From positions 160,332,001-160,396,000 of the forward strand of contig OX597816.1 of the NCBI GenBank assembly GCA_951406725.2: a stretch of DNA of 64,000 nt. Direction: 5' to 3'. Shown one piece after another: positions 13,283 to 24,590 of this stretch. Positions within the stretch are counted from its first letter, which is position 1. Each line of letters begins with the position of its first letter. The DNA comes from Octopus vulgaris (Eukaryota). Below the pieces are notes generated by a model. The model had not been told where the DNA came from. It ran no database searches and saw only the letters and a program-made list of their open reading frames with translations. Position numbers and translations under genes: made by a program.

Positions 13283-13639
13283 TTAACACCATAAAATTAT
13301 GGTAGTAGACTTTAATCTAAATACAAGCACTTTAGATGGAAACCAGAGGCTGTTTTGAGCTGATTGGTATCAAAAGAGTTAAAGAATTTATGCTCAAAAC
13401 TCCCCAGAAACATTTTATGCAATCAGAGACAGAAAATTTATGATTCATCATCATCGTGAACAAATAAAGGAAATGGAACCAGTTGTAAAAATCTCATTGC
13501 TTGGTTCTTGACACATAAATGAAGACACAGTATAGGTAAGTTAAATGCAACAGGTAAAGCTGCTTAATAAAAAATATGATTGTCAGCAGAAGCAGTATTT
13601 ATACCAAAAGGTAATATTTATCCCCACTGAGGAGTGCCA

Positions 13640-14047
13640 CCTGATGCTGCATCGCCTGACTGGCTCCCAGTGCTGGTGGCATGTAAAAAGCACCATCCAA
13701 ACATGGTCAATGCCAGCCCCCTCACACCGATTGGCTTCTGTGCTGGTGGCATGTAAAACGCACCATCTGAACGTGTTTGATGCCAGCCCCCTGGCCCCGA
13801 CTGGTTCCTGTGATAGTGGCACATAAAAAGCACCATCTGAAAGTGGTTGATGCCAGCCTCCTTGACCCGACTATAAAAAGCACCCACTACACTCTTGGAG
13901 TGGTTGGCGTTAGGAAGGACATCCAGCTGTAGAAGCATTGCCAGATCAGATTGGAGCCTGGTGTGGCCTCCTGGCTTGCCAGACCCCAGTCAAACCGTCC
14001 AATTCATGCCAGCATGGAAAACGGACGTTAAACAATGATGATGATGA
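13640..14047 (+). mobile_element. Element D copy
   Basis: 3-4 minisatellite units, conserved body and (GAT)n tail. Confidence 0.85.
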
Positions 14048-14362
14048 CTTAAAAGTGAATTTTGTATTAGAACACAGAATACTGAAATATTTACCATGAG
14101 AGAACCTCTCAAACGGACTTGTGGTGCGTATAAGCACTCATGTCTATAAGCATGCTTGTCCATACCGCCAGCAGGAGATAATTGTCTGCAATTGCCATCA
14201 AAACTGCACTTAACACCAGCAGATGGTGCACTAAAATATATGCATCATAAACAGCATGATCTTGGTAAATAGGTCCAGGAAGAAAAAAAAAAGTAAATTA
14301 TAATGAAATAATAATCTTAGCAGAGAATATGACAGTGAGGTATCTAAGTACAAAACAATTTT

Positions 14363-14489
14363 TCATCATCACCATCATCATTGTTATTATCGTCGTCATC
14401 ATCATCACCATCATTGTCGTCATCATCATCATCACCATCATTGTCGTCATCATCATCATCACCATCATTGTCGTCATCATCATCATCAT
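14363..14489. repeat. (ATC)n-based repeat with a ~27-bp higher-order unit
   Basis: ACCATCATTGTCGTCATCATCATCATC repeated. Confidence 0.9.
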
Positions 14490-14526
14490 AGGTCTGTTTT
14501 CCATGGATTGCACAGTTTAGAAATCT

Positions 14527-14912
14527 TTGTCATCTTTTGTCTTTTACTTGTTTCAATCATTAGACTGTGGCCATGCTGGGGCACTGCTTTAAAGAATTTT
14601 TAGTCGAATGAATCATTCCCTTGTCTTTTTAAAACCTGATACTTATTCAATTTGTCTTTTGCCGAGCTGCTAAGTTATGGGGACATATACACACCAACAC
14701 CAGTTGCAAAGCAGTAGTGGGACACAAAAACGGTCACACACACACACACACATGATGAGCTTTCAGTTTCTGTCTATCGAATCCACTTAAAAGCTTTGGT
14801 TGGCCCAGGGCCACAATAAAAGATACTTTCTCAAAGAACCATGCAGTGGGACTGAACCTGGAACCTTGTGGTTGGAAAGCAATCTTTTTACCACCCCACA
14901 CACTCAGCACCT
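14527..14912 (-). mobile_element. SINE-B
   Basis: Full colinear match to other copies, including the tRNA-like head and TAAAAGA tail. Confidence 0.8.
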
Positions 14913-14956
14913 TTATAACTTATTTTCCCCTCTACTCCTATGATTCTCTGGTCAGT

Positions 14957-15402
14957 ATAATTCTTTTCTACTCTAGGCACAAGGCCTGAAATTTTGGGGG
15001 ATTGGGCCACTCGGTTAGATCAACCCCAGTATGCAACTGGTACTTAATTTATCAACCCTGAAAGAATTAAAGGCAAAGTCAACCTCGGCAGAATTTGAAC
15101 TCAGAGAGTAAAGACAGACGAAATACTGCTAAGCATTTCACCCAGTGTGCTGAAGTTTCTTATTTCTTTACTACCAACAAGGGGCTAAACACAGAGGGGA
15201 CAGACAAACGGATTAAGTCGATTATATCGACCCCAGTGCGTAACTGGTACTTATTTAATCGACCCCGAAAGGATGAAAGGCAAAGTTGGCCTCGGCGGAA
15301 TTTGAACTCAGAACGTAGCGGCAGACAAAATAACCGAAATAACGAAATAACCGCTAAGCATTTCGCCCCAGTGTGCTGCCGGTTCTGTCAGTTCCCCACC
15401 TT
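14957..15402 (-). mobile_element. SINE-A pair (long-tail copy joined to short-tail copy)
   Basis: Two B boxes; outer direct repeat TCTGGTCARTATAAT. Confidence 0.85.
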
Positions 15403-15769
15403 TTCTGGTCAATATAATGGTGTTGATAGGTCAGGGATAGAGGGGGTATATATATATATACATATATATACACACAGTGTGTTTATCTTAACTGAAGCGA
15501 TCTCTCTGTCAGTGTCTCTCTCTGTACCAACTCACTCCGCCATGCTCTATTATCTGGAACTGAAGGGTGTTAGCAGCTGTCAGCTTCATATAGAATGTCA
15601 CTAAACATGACAGTCCATGTTTGTTATCTTAACCAAGTTGTTAACTCTGAATAGATGCATTTACCCTGTCCCTGCTCCTTGCATTGCCCTATCCCTGTGT
15701 TCCCTGCTCCCTGCATCACCCCTGTCCCTGTGCCCCTGCTTCCAAACACCGTGCACTCCCTCCTACCAG

Positions 15770-16650
15770 CTTCTTCCCTATCTCCCTCTCACTATCTTTC
15801 TACCCCTCTACCTCTCTTTCTCTCTCTCACCAATTCTGCATATTTTTAGTTATTATCCATTATATTTTTCACTTTCATTTTCATTCCCTTTCTGTCTGTC
15901 TGTCTGTCTCTCTTATTTGCTTCTCTCCATCCTTCTCTCTCCATCTCTCTCTCTCTCTCTCTTCTTACCCCCTTTCTACCTTTGTCTCTCATCTCTCTCT
16001 TATCTGCCTATCACCCTCTGTCTCTCATCTCTCTGTCTCTCTTTCTACCTCTGTCTGTCTGTCTCTCTCTCTGGTTCTTTCCTTTTCTACTTTTGTCTCT
16101 CATCTCTGTCTCTCACTCTTTCTACCTGTTTGTCATTGGTCTGTCTATCTGTCTCTCTCTGGTTCTTTCCCTTTCTACTTTTGTCTCTCACCTCTCTGTC
16201 TCTCACCTTTTCTACCTCTGTCTATTATCTGTCTGTCTGTCTCTCTTTTTGGTTCTATCCTTTTCTACTTTTGTCTCTCATTTCTCTGTCTTTCACCCTT
16301 TCTACCTCTATCTTTCATCCCTTTCTCTCCTTCTGTCTGTCTGTCTCTCTCTCACACTCTTTCTATTTTGTCTCTCATCCTTCTGTCCATCACACACCTC
16401 TCACTCTCTCTTTGTCTTCTGCCATATTCTTTGCCTCCCATTTTCCTCCCTCTGTCTCATCTCTCTCTTCCCCAAACCCTTCTCTCTTTTTCCTTCTCCT
16501 CATCTATTTTTTGGCTCTTTCTCTCTCTCTCAGACTCTCTCACCCCCTCCCTATCTGTAACTCACTCCCTTTCTTTGCTCTTCACCCCTCCCTCTATTTC
16601 TCCTCTTCTCTCCTCCATCCCCCTCTTCTGTCTTTTACCTTATTCTTTCT
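15770..16650. repeat. Polypyrimidine (CT-rich) tract with a ~90-bp tandem unit
   Basis: TGGTTCTWTCC recurs near 16071, 16160 and 16250; nearly purine-free on the + strand. Confidence 0.85.
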
Positions 16651-16810
16651 CGCTGTATTAAAAAAAGACCCCCCCCCAACAAAAACCCTCAGCTTATTTA
16701 AACCCAAAACTCAATGCCAAGTTAAATAATAATCTTCATGGAAATCTGAACTTGTTGAAATTTCCAGATAATGAGTTTGTTTTGATTTATCAACAAGTTT
16801 TTAATGCCCC

Positions 16811-16852
<42 letters not shown>

Positions 16853-17149
16853 TGGAGGTGATGGAGGCTATCTCTTTCCCACCCTCCTATCATCATGTCT
16901 TTTTGTCAATTGTTTACTTTTCACTAGTTTTTGATAGTTTTACTGCTTTAATTTCTCTTGTTAACTTGAAATTTGACATCTACTTGTCACTGGATGTGGG
17001 TCTGTGGTGGAGATAGAGAGGCTGTGATGTAATGTAATTGCTGTAATATGGGCTTGGGTGCAAGCCTGAGTATTCTACCCCAACCCGGCCCAGTATCTAC
17101 CACCTCCTCCCTCCTAGTTTCATTTGACTGCTATTGGTTACCAATAACA

Positions 17150-17356
17150 GAATAACAACAACAATAATAATCCTTTGGGGCAGGGGACCTGTCGATTAGA
17201 TCAAGCCCAGTACAAAACTGGTACTTAATTTATTGGCCCCAAAAGGATGAAAGGCAAAGTTGACCTCAGCGGATTTGAACTCAGAACGTAGCGACAGGCG
17301 AAATACCACTAAGCATTTTGCCCAGCACGCTAATGATTATGTCACCTCGCCACCTT
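17150..17356 (-). mobile_element. SINE-A, short tail
   Basis: Head, B box and central GGTACTTAATTTAT block. Confidence 0.8.
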
Positions 17357-17369
17357 TCTACAGCAACAA

Positions 17370-17640
17370 TAATAATAGTTTCTTTTATTAGCCATAGGGG
17401 CATAGACGAGGGAGGACATCACTAAGATTGACAACAATTTTTGTGGGTATTTATGTAAAGGATGGAGAGTAAAAAATGGAAATGACAGTGAAATGCAATA
17501 AAAATATACAGAGTATGTGATAACATGAATGATGTAGTTCTCCTGATTAAGGTAAAACTCCAACTAGGGCCACTTTAGGAACCCCACAAATCTAGGATTA
17601 CCATGAGCACCAAAGGTACAAAGCCCTCTCTCCTGTAACA
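17370..17640 (-). mobile_element. 3' UTR fragment of a Tx1-like LINE
   Basis: Shares GGAACCCCACAA and the terminal GCCCCTATGGCTAATAAAAGAAAC-type end with the element ending near 45065. Confidence 0.5.
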
Positions 17641-17722
17641 ATCTAGTTACATACTTAGTGTAGAACCATTCACTCTAATAATTTTTTGCCACAGTCACCC
17701 ATTTAATAATATAATAAAAATC

Positions 17723-18436
17723 TATTTCTTTATTGCCCACAGGGAGCTAAACACAGAGGGGACAAACAAGGATAGACAAAGGGATTAAGTTGATTACATC
17801 GACCCCAGTGCATAACTGATACTTATTTAATATAGGGCGGTGAGCTGGCAGAAACGTTAGCACGCTGGGCGAAATGCATAGCTGTATTTCGTCTGCCGTT
17901 ATCTTCTGAGTTCAAATTCCGCCGAGGTTGACTTTGCCTTTCATCCTTTCGGGGTTGATAAATTAAGTACCAGCTACACACTGGGGTCGATGTAATCGAC
18001 TTAATCCGTTTGTCTATCCTTGTTTGTCCCCTCTGTGTTTCGCCCCTTGTGGGTAGTAAAGAAATAGGTACTTATTTAATTGACCCCAAAAGGATGAAAG
18101 GCAAAGTCGACCTTCGTGGAATTTGAACTCAGAACGTAAAGACAGACAAAATACCACTAAGCATTTGGCCTGGCGTGCTTACATTTCTGCCAGCTTGCCA
18201 CCCTTAGCAGTTATATATTCTTTTCTACTCAAAGCACAAGGCCTGAAATTTTGGGGGAGAGGGCCAGTCAATTAGATATTGACCCCAGTATGCAACGGGT
18301 ACTTAATTTATCAATCCCGAAAGGATGAAAGGCAAAGTTGACCTCGGCAGAATTTGAACTTAGAATGTAAAAACAGATGAAATACCACTAAGCATTTCAC
18401 CTGGCATGCTAACGTTTCTGCTAGCTTGTCGCCTTA
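17723..18436 (-). mobile_element. SINE-A dimer with an opposite-strand long-tail SINE-A inserted (17832-18066, +)
   Basis: TSD GRTACTTATTTAAT at 17818-17831 and 18067-18080; dimer spacer TAGCAGTTATATAT near 18205. Confidence 0.9.
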
Positions 18437-18504
18437 AGATCAATAAACATTACAGAAATTATGTATAGCACTCTGTCATTTCTATAACAGTAACAGCAAC
18501 GACA

Positions 18505-18722
18505 ATAATTGTTTATCACATTGGCACAAGGCCTGGAATGTGGGGAAGATGGTCAGTTGAATTAAGTCAACTCCAGCAATAGAGTGGTGCCTTAGTTTAT
18601 CAACCCTGGAAGGATAAAAGGAAAATTACTTTAGCTGGATTTGAACTCAGAAGGCACAAGTGAAACAAATGTCACAAGGAAGCATTTTGTCTGATGTTCT
18701 AACAGTTCTGCAAATTCGCCCC
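18505..18722 (-). mobile_element. Old SINE-A
   Basis: Diverged but colinear (GATTTGAACTCAGAA, GGCACAAGGCCTG). Confidence 0.7.
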
Positions 18723-19549
18723 TATAATGTTGATGACAACAATGATGATGATGATGGTGGTGGAGGTGGTAATAGTGTTGTTGTTGGTGGCGGCAGCAAG
18801 GGCATCGGGTGGGGGTGGCTTCTTTTAGGGTAGATTCTGTGTTGGTGGAAAAAAAAAAATATACTTTTCTGTAATTTTTATCTTGATAAAGGGTTTGAAG
18901 TGAGCCCTGCATGTGGAAGTTCCTCAGTTCTCATCACCCAGCCAGCCTGTTAAGGCTCTCACAGTGAAAACACAGGCTTCCAAGCTCTAACTAGAAATGT
19001 TTCTCTATTTATGTGAATGTTGATGGATTTGACACCGAGGGACCAGGTTTATGCATGAAGTCTTATGTTTTGGTTTTAAAATTTTATACCCTGTTATTTT
19101 GGGTTTTTTTGTTCACTATTTTTCTGCTTGATTTGTTTTTGTTGGTTGATAGTTTATAGATATTAACAGTCAGTGTTTATTATTTGAGAAATCTGTTTCT
19201 TCTTTGAAATAACATACCTCCTCTTGTTTTAACAAATGGGAAATGCATCATTTATGAATAAACAGAAGAGAAAAAACTTAGTTTAATTGTTCCGTTTAAA
19301 TTCGTTACGGAGCATTAGAAAATTTACATTTTCATGCAACTGTTTTGTTGTATGTTACTCTAAAAGTGACTGTTCTATCATTTAAGAGACTACTAGAGTA
19401 AGAAAAAGGTTGTTGACTTAAAAACTTATACAGAGTTAACTGACATCTAAAAGGGTTGCTATATTGTGAAATATCTCACCCAAGGAAGTCAGTTTCATTA
19501 AATTTTATTATACTTTCCTTTTTTATTAACTTTAGATCTTTATCCGTGA

Positions 19550-19860
19550 AGGCACAGGCTCACAATTCCCAGACCAAGCTGTGTATTTTGTTCTTGTGCA
19601 AGACACTTTATTTCATGTTGCTCCAGTTCACTCAGCTATAAAAATGAGTTGCAACATCACTGGTGCCAAGCAGTGTTGGCCTTTGCCTTTGCCTTGGACA
19701 ACATTGGTAGCATGGAGAGAAGAGAATGGGATGCATGGTTGACTGGTGGTCTTCCATAAACAACCTTGCCCAGACTTGTGCCTTGAGGTGTGGGGGGGAG
19801 GGACTTTCTATGTGCAATCCCATGGTCATTTGTGACCAAAGGGTTTTTTTTCCCTTTATG
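19550..19860 (+). mobile_element. SINE-C-related element with a different 3' half
   Basis: CAAGACACTTTATTTCATGTTGCTCCAGTTCACTCAGCT..AAAATGAGT block shared with 21800, 34407 and 60790. Confidence 0.55.
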
Positions 19861-20014
19861 ATCCATTCATTGATCATATGATTTACTGACAAAAAATAGT
19901 TGGAGTAATTGAGTAGGGTGACTTGCCCTGACCAGTGTAACTCTTCCACAGCAGATGTTTCAGTTGAGCTATGAGGTATGAATGTCTGGCCTAGATTTTA
20001 GCTACATTGGTCTA

Positions 20015-20236
20015 GTGTGGTCGTTGCCAGTATCACCTGACTGGCCCTCGTGCCGGTGGCACGTAAAAGCACCCACTACACTCTCGAAGTGGTTGACGTT
20101 AGGAAGCACATTCAGTTGTAGAAACTCTGCCAGATCAGATTGGAGCCTGGTGCATCCATCTGGTTCGCCAGTCCTCAGTCAAATCGTCCAACCCATGCTA
20201 GCATAGAAAGCAAACTTTAAACGACGATGATAATGA
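20015..20236 (+). mobile_element. Element D, 5' truncated
   Basis: Conserved body and tail. Confidence 0.85.
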
Positions 20237-20299
20237 AATATTTCATCTGTGCACATCCTGACTATAATAGTAAGCAAAAATATGGTAACAAAAAGATGC

Positions 20300-20474
20300 T
20301 CCTATGCTACAAATTTTGTGTTTTAAAATCTTCCATCACAATTTCAGTATAATTTATGTTCCAAACACCAACTTTATTTGTACAAAATTATTTTGCTAAA
20401 CGCTTCATTATTTTCAAAATTAATTGAAACAAAAGCAGCATATTTCAACAGAAATATGGTAACAAAAGTGTTAA
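20300..20474. mobile_element. piggyBac-like MITE type II fragment
   Basis: Ends ..GGTAACAAAAGTG|TTAA; similar to 23461-23686 and 47818-48040. Confidence 0.6.
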
Positions 20475-21315
20475 CGAATTGGTCAGGGTTAATTCATTGT
20501 TGGTACCTTCAGAATTAGGAAGTTATATTTTGTTAACATCTCAGTTATCATCAATAATGCGTGAAAAAAGAAAACAACACTTTTTTAAAAATTACACCAT
20601 TGTGTTGACTAAAGACTGTCTTTGGTCATATTCCTGACAATAATGTCTGGTTTCTTCTATCTAGACATCTCATCTTTGACAATAATATTCTTTCTATTTT
20701 TTATAGCTTCTTCAGTTTATGTGTTTTCAAACAAATTCCAATTGTTACAAGGTTGTCATGAAGATATGATAGGAAAGAAGTTTTTATAGCAGCTGCCAAA
20801 TTTCTTCAGCCCTGTTTTCTTGAAGAAATTGCCAGGGTGGGCGATGATGGCAGAAATGTTAGATTGATTCTGACAATGCGTAGGAACAGACACCACTGAT
20901 CCCTTAACAATATCAAGACCCAGTTGTTTCCATCTATAATTTTTATAAAGTTATGTTGTGAAGCATCTGGCCTGGTGGATTGGGTGTTGCAGTCATGTTT
21001 GTAAGACTGTAGCTTTGATTCCTGGACTGAGTAGTGTATTGTGTTTTTCAGCAAAACACTTTCGTACAATTCTATATTTTCGAGACGAGGAAATTCATAT
21101 CAAGTATTTACCTTAGTTGAACCGGTATCCTCATTTATAACCGGTATTGCTTTCACTGTTTTGGCAGTTGTTCACTCCAGCCTTCTTCAGGTGTCTTGTG
21201 TCATAGTGAAAGCAACAATCAAAATGAGAATACTAGTCTGACTTAAGTAAATACAAAATACTTAATTTCATTTTGATTAAGACTGCTCAGTTGTGAACAA
21301 GTTCCAGCTATTGGT

Positions 21316-21605
21316 CATCATCATCATCATCTTCATTTAATGTCCATTGTCCATGCTGAAATGGATTAGACGGTTTGGTTGGGGCTGGTAAGCTGGAAGG
21401 CTGCACCAGATTCCAGTTTGATTTGGCATGGTTTCTATGGCTGGATGCTCTTCAAGAATGTAATGGATGCTTTTACATGGGTGCCATTTGCGTGACACTG
21501 GTATCTTTTACAACTGTGTTTTTACTCAGCTTGATGGGTTTTCTTCTCAAGCACGACATAATGCTAAAGGTCTCGGTCATTGATTCCGTGAGGCCCAACA
21601 CTTGA
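21316..21605 (-). mobile_element. Element D variant
   Basis: (CAT)n tail, body and one 42-bp-type unit (GTGAGGCCCAACAC). Confidence 0.75.
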
Positions 21606-21799
21606 TGCCACCAATGTTGTCCAAGGGAAAGTTAATTTTATGATGGACCAACATCCTGTTCAGTGAGTGTGGAGAGTTTATTGTAATTTCAGTTACCTAG
21701 TTGCCATGGAAACTAGATTAAGTTCCAGCTTTATGATTCTTTGGACCCATGATGAAGCCAAGTCTAAATAAGTCTGTGTTGTTGATTTCATATATTCAC

Positions 21800-22060
21800 T
21801 GCTAAGTGGTTAGGCTCACAATCATCAGATCATAAGCTCAATACCCTATGGAGCTTCGTGTCCTTGAGCAAGACACTTCATTTCATATTGCTCCAGTCCA
21901 CTCACCTGGTAAAATCGAGTTGTACCTGTAACCTGTAATTCAAAGAACCAGCCTTGTCACACTCTGTGTCATGCTAAATCCCACTGAGAACAATGTTAAG
22001 GGTATGCGTGTCTGAAGAGTGCTCAACCACTTGCACATTCCCTTGATCAGATCAACTGGA
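21800..22060 (+). mobile_element. SINE-C-related element
   Basis: tRNA-like head plus CCTTGAGCAAGACACTTCATTTCA..CCAGTCCACTCA block. Confidence 0.6.
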
Positions 22061-22069
22061 AAACTTGTC

Positions 22070-22500
22070 ATCATAACCAATAGATTGCCAGGAAAAATAG
22101 TGATAAAGCAATGCTTGTAGTAGAAAGAATCTAATTTCTGATGCTCACTTTCAATTGTTCTCCATATTGAGATATTATTGAATGTCATCTTGCAAATATA
22201 TTGTAGAGGTGCAGGAAAAGCTTTCCTCCTCCAAGATCTGAACCTTAGAATTCATTGACATTTTAATTTCTTTGACATTAGCAGAGGATATCAAATCTCT
22301 TTGTTATGCCACAACTTGTGTTTTGTCCATCTCACTGATAATGATGACAAAGTCCATCTTCTTTGTGTTTGCATGGAGGCACTATTCTGTGTCTTTTTAT
22401 AATATGTGGGTGTTCTACATTCGTTGGGGTATGTGACTTCTACTGATAGAATGGTGTGTATTATGCTACACACTGGGCTTTTCGATGTCTCAATGTGGTC
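22070..22500 (-). pseudogene. Probable highly decayed RTE-clade RT fragment
   Basis: LHANTKKMDFV (cf. GLxxNxKKT) followed downstream by KLDSFYYKHC (cf. KLxxFxxxCLR). Confidence 0.35.
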
Positions 22501-23460
22501 CTAAAACATACTGTGAATGGAACTTGTGAAAACAGGTCATGCACGATGGTTTTTAACTGTTGACTGAGAATGTAATATTCCCACATTCTTATGGAAGGAA
22601 AATTTCCATTAGAACAATTTCATAACTTCCATGTGTCAGATATTTCATTTTTATTAACCCTTTTTTTTTTTAAAGAGATCTTAATTAAAAATTATTTGTA
22701 GGTATTTATATGTTTTCTTGCTCATCTTAATATCTACATCATAAAAATGGAAATTGAAGTTTTACCCCTGGATAGCAATGGTACTTGTGTAATTTCCTTT
22801 CGTTTCTCCTTAAATCGAAAAGAAACAAAAAAACAAATAGATGTTATGTGTGAGCACTGAGGCACGGAATGGAAATGGTTATAAGGTCACTGTTTTCAAG
22901 TTTGTCAAAGGGACACCAGCTTTGACAAACAGCTTGATACTGTTCCTCACAGTGACAATCTTCCAGTTCAAAAGATATTCAAATAGCTTCCACACATTGT
23001 TGTTGTTGTAGTTGTTCATACTGTGTTATGTTGTTTACCATTCAGCATTGAGTGGCCTCCCATCAAATGAATGCTTGTGCATAAATTCTTTTAATGTTTG
23101 TAGTCTGGTGTATAAACTGTCACTCTGAAGTTCTTAGCGTGATTTCAATGTTAGCTGGAAATTCCCTCTGATGTATAACCACCAAATATAATAACCCATT
23201 GGAGAAAACTAAGTTAGCTTTGACAATTTGAGAATTCTTTAACTTTGCAAACCATTCTATAATTAAACAGTATGTTTAGCTTGATACTTTGATATTTAGT
23301 GGCATGTTTCCTCTGAATTGATTTTAAAGATGAAATCTTTTTTTAAAAACAAGTTGAATGGCTGAAGAACGATAAACTAGATACACTTGCTTCTTATACT
23401 TGAGACTTCTTAAAGAATAAGCATTGCTAAACTGGTTTGACTTTGATCTGAAAACCTTTA

Positions 23461-23686
23461 TTAACCCTATCCTTATTATATTTTTATTGAAATATGCTGC
23501 GTTGCTTCTATCAGTATTAGAAATAATGGAAAAAAATCAGTAAAATAATATTTTCATTATTAAGCTGGTGTTTAGAACAAAAACAAATGTGAAATTTTGA
23601 TTGAAAGTTTTAATTTAGATCATGTTAAAACGGATTTGTATAATAAAACCAGGGGTGGTTTCAAGGAAATTATATCAAAATGGCTA
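23461..23686. mobile_element. piggyBac-like MITE type II
   Basis: Starts TTAA|CCCT; reverse complement resembles 20300-20474 and 47818-48040. Confidence 0.6.
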
Positions 23687-23769
23687 AGAGAGACATATTA
23701 AGGATTTTGAAACAGTTACTTGTAAGCTGAGATTAAATGAATCAGTGCAATGGTATTTATATTCTTAGC

Positions 23770-23995
23770 GAGCTAGCAGAAACGTTAGCACACCCGGGCG
23801 AAATGTGTACCTGTATTTCGTCTGCCATTATGTTCTGAGTTCAAATTCCACCAAGGTCGACTTTGCCTTTTATCCTTTCGGGGTCAATTAAATAAGTACC
23901 AGTTATGCACTGGGGTCGATATAATCAACTTAATACGTTTGTCTGTCCTTGTTTGTCCCCTGTGTGTTTAGCCCCTTGTGGGTAATAAAGAAATA
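23770..23995 (+). mobile_element. Long-tail SINE-A in non-SINE sequence
   Basis: 18-bp TSD GGTATYTATATTCTTAGC at 23752-23769 and 23996-24013. Confidence 0.92.
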
Positions 23996-24169
23996 GGTAT
24001 CTATATTCTTAGCTGGATAAGAGATTGATGATACTTTCTCACCTTAGGCATTGCATCTCTTGCCTTTGGGCCGTACATTTGAGAGAAAAGTCACATTTTT
24101 GTATAAAGAATCGAACGTGTGGTTATATATTTATTGCATTTTACATTTTTTTTTTCTCAATTTGTGAAC

Positions 24170-24334
24170 ATAGGTGTAAGAGTGGCTGTGTGGTAAGTAG
24201 CTTCCTTACAAGCCACATAGTTCCGGGTTCAGTCCCACTGTATGGCACCTTGGGCAAGTGACTTCTACTATAGCCTCGGGCCAACCAAAGCCTTGTGAGT
24301 GGATTTGGTAGACGGAAACTGTAAGAAGCCTGTC

Positions 24335-24374
<40 letters not shown>

Positions 24375-24590
24375 GTTTGTGTATCTGTATTTGTCCCCCC
24401 AACATCGCTTGACAACCGATGCTGGTGTGCTTACATCCCCGTAACTTAGCAGTTCGGCAAAAGATACTGATAGAATAAGTACTAGGCTTACAAAGAATAA
24501 GTCCTGGGGGTCGATTTGTTCGACTAAAGGCGTTGCTCCAGCATGGTCACAGTCAAATGACTGAAACAAGTAAGAGTAAAGAGAAAGAGT
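24170..24590 (+). mobile_element. SINE-B, full length (tRNA head, CORE-like CCTTGGGCAAGT, internal (TA)n, TAAAGA-type tail)
   Basis: A box TGGCTGTGTGG, B box GGTTCAGTCCC; more than 15 copies or fragments in the window. Confidence 0.9.

Noticed and set aside
14298-14520. Poly-Met / poly-Ile ORFs
   Set aside because: (ATC)n repeat.
15095-15604. 169-aa ORF
   Set aside because: Antisense reading of SINE-A copies.
15617-16729. 370-aa and 325-aa Leu/Ser-rich ORFs
   Set aside because: They are translations of the CT-rich tract; all frames are open because stop codons need purines.
24170-24250. tRNA genes at SINE heads
   Set aside because: A and B boxes are present, but each continues into a multicopy SINE body and I could not see a convincing cloverleaf.
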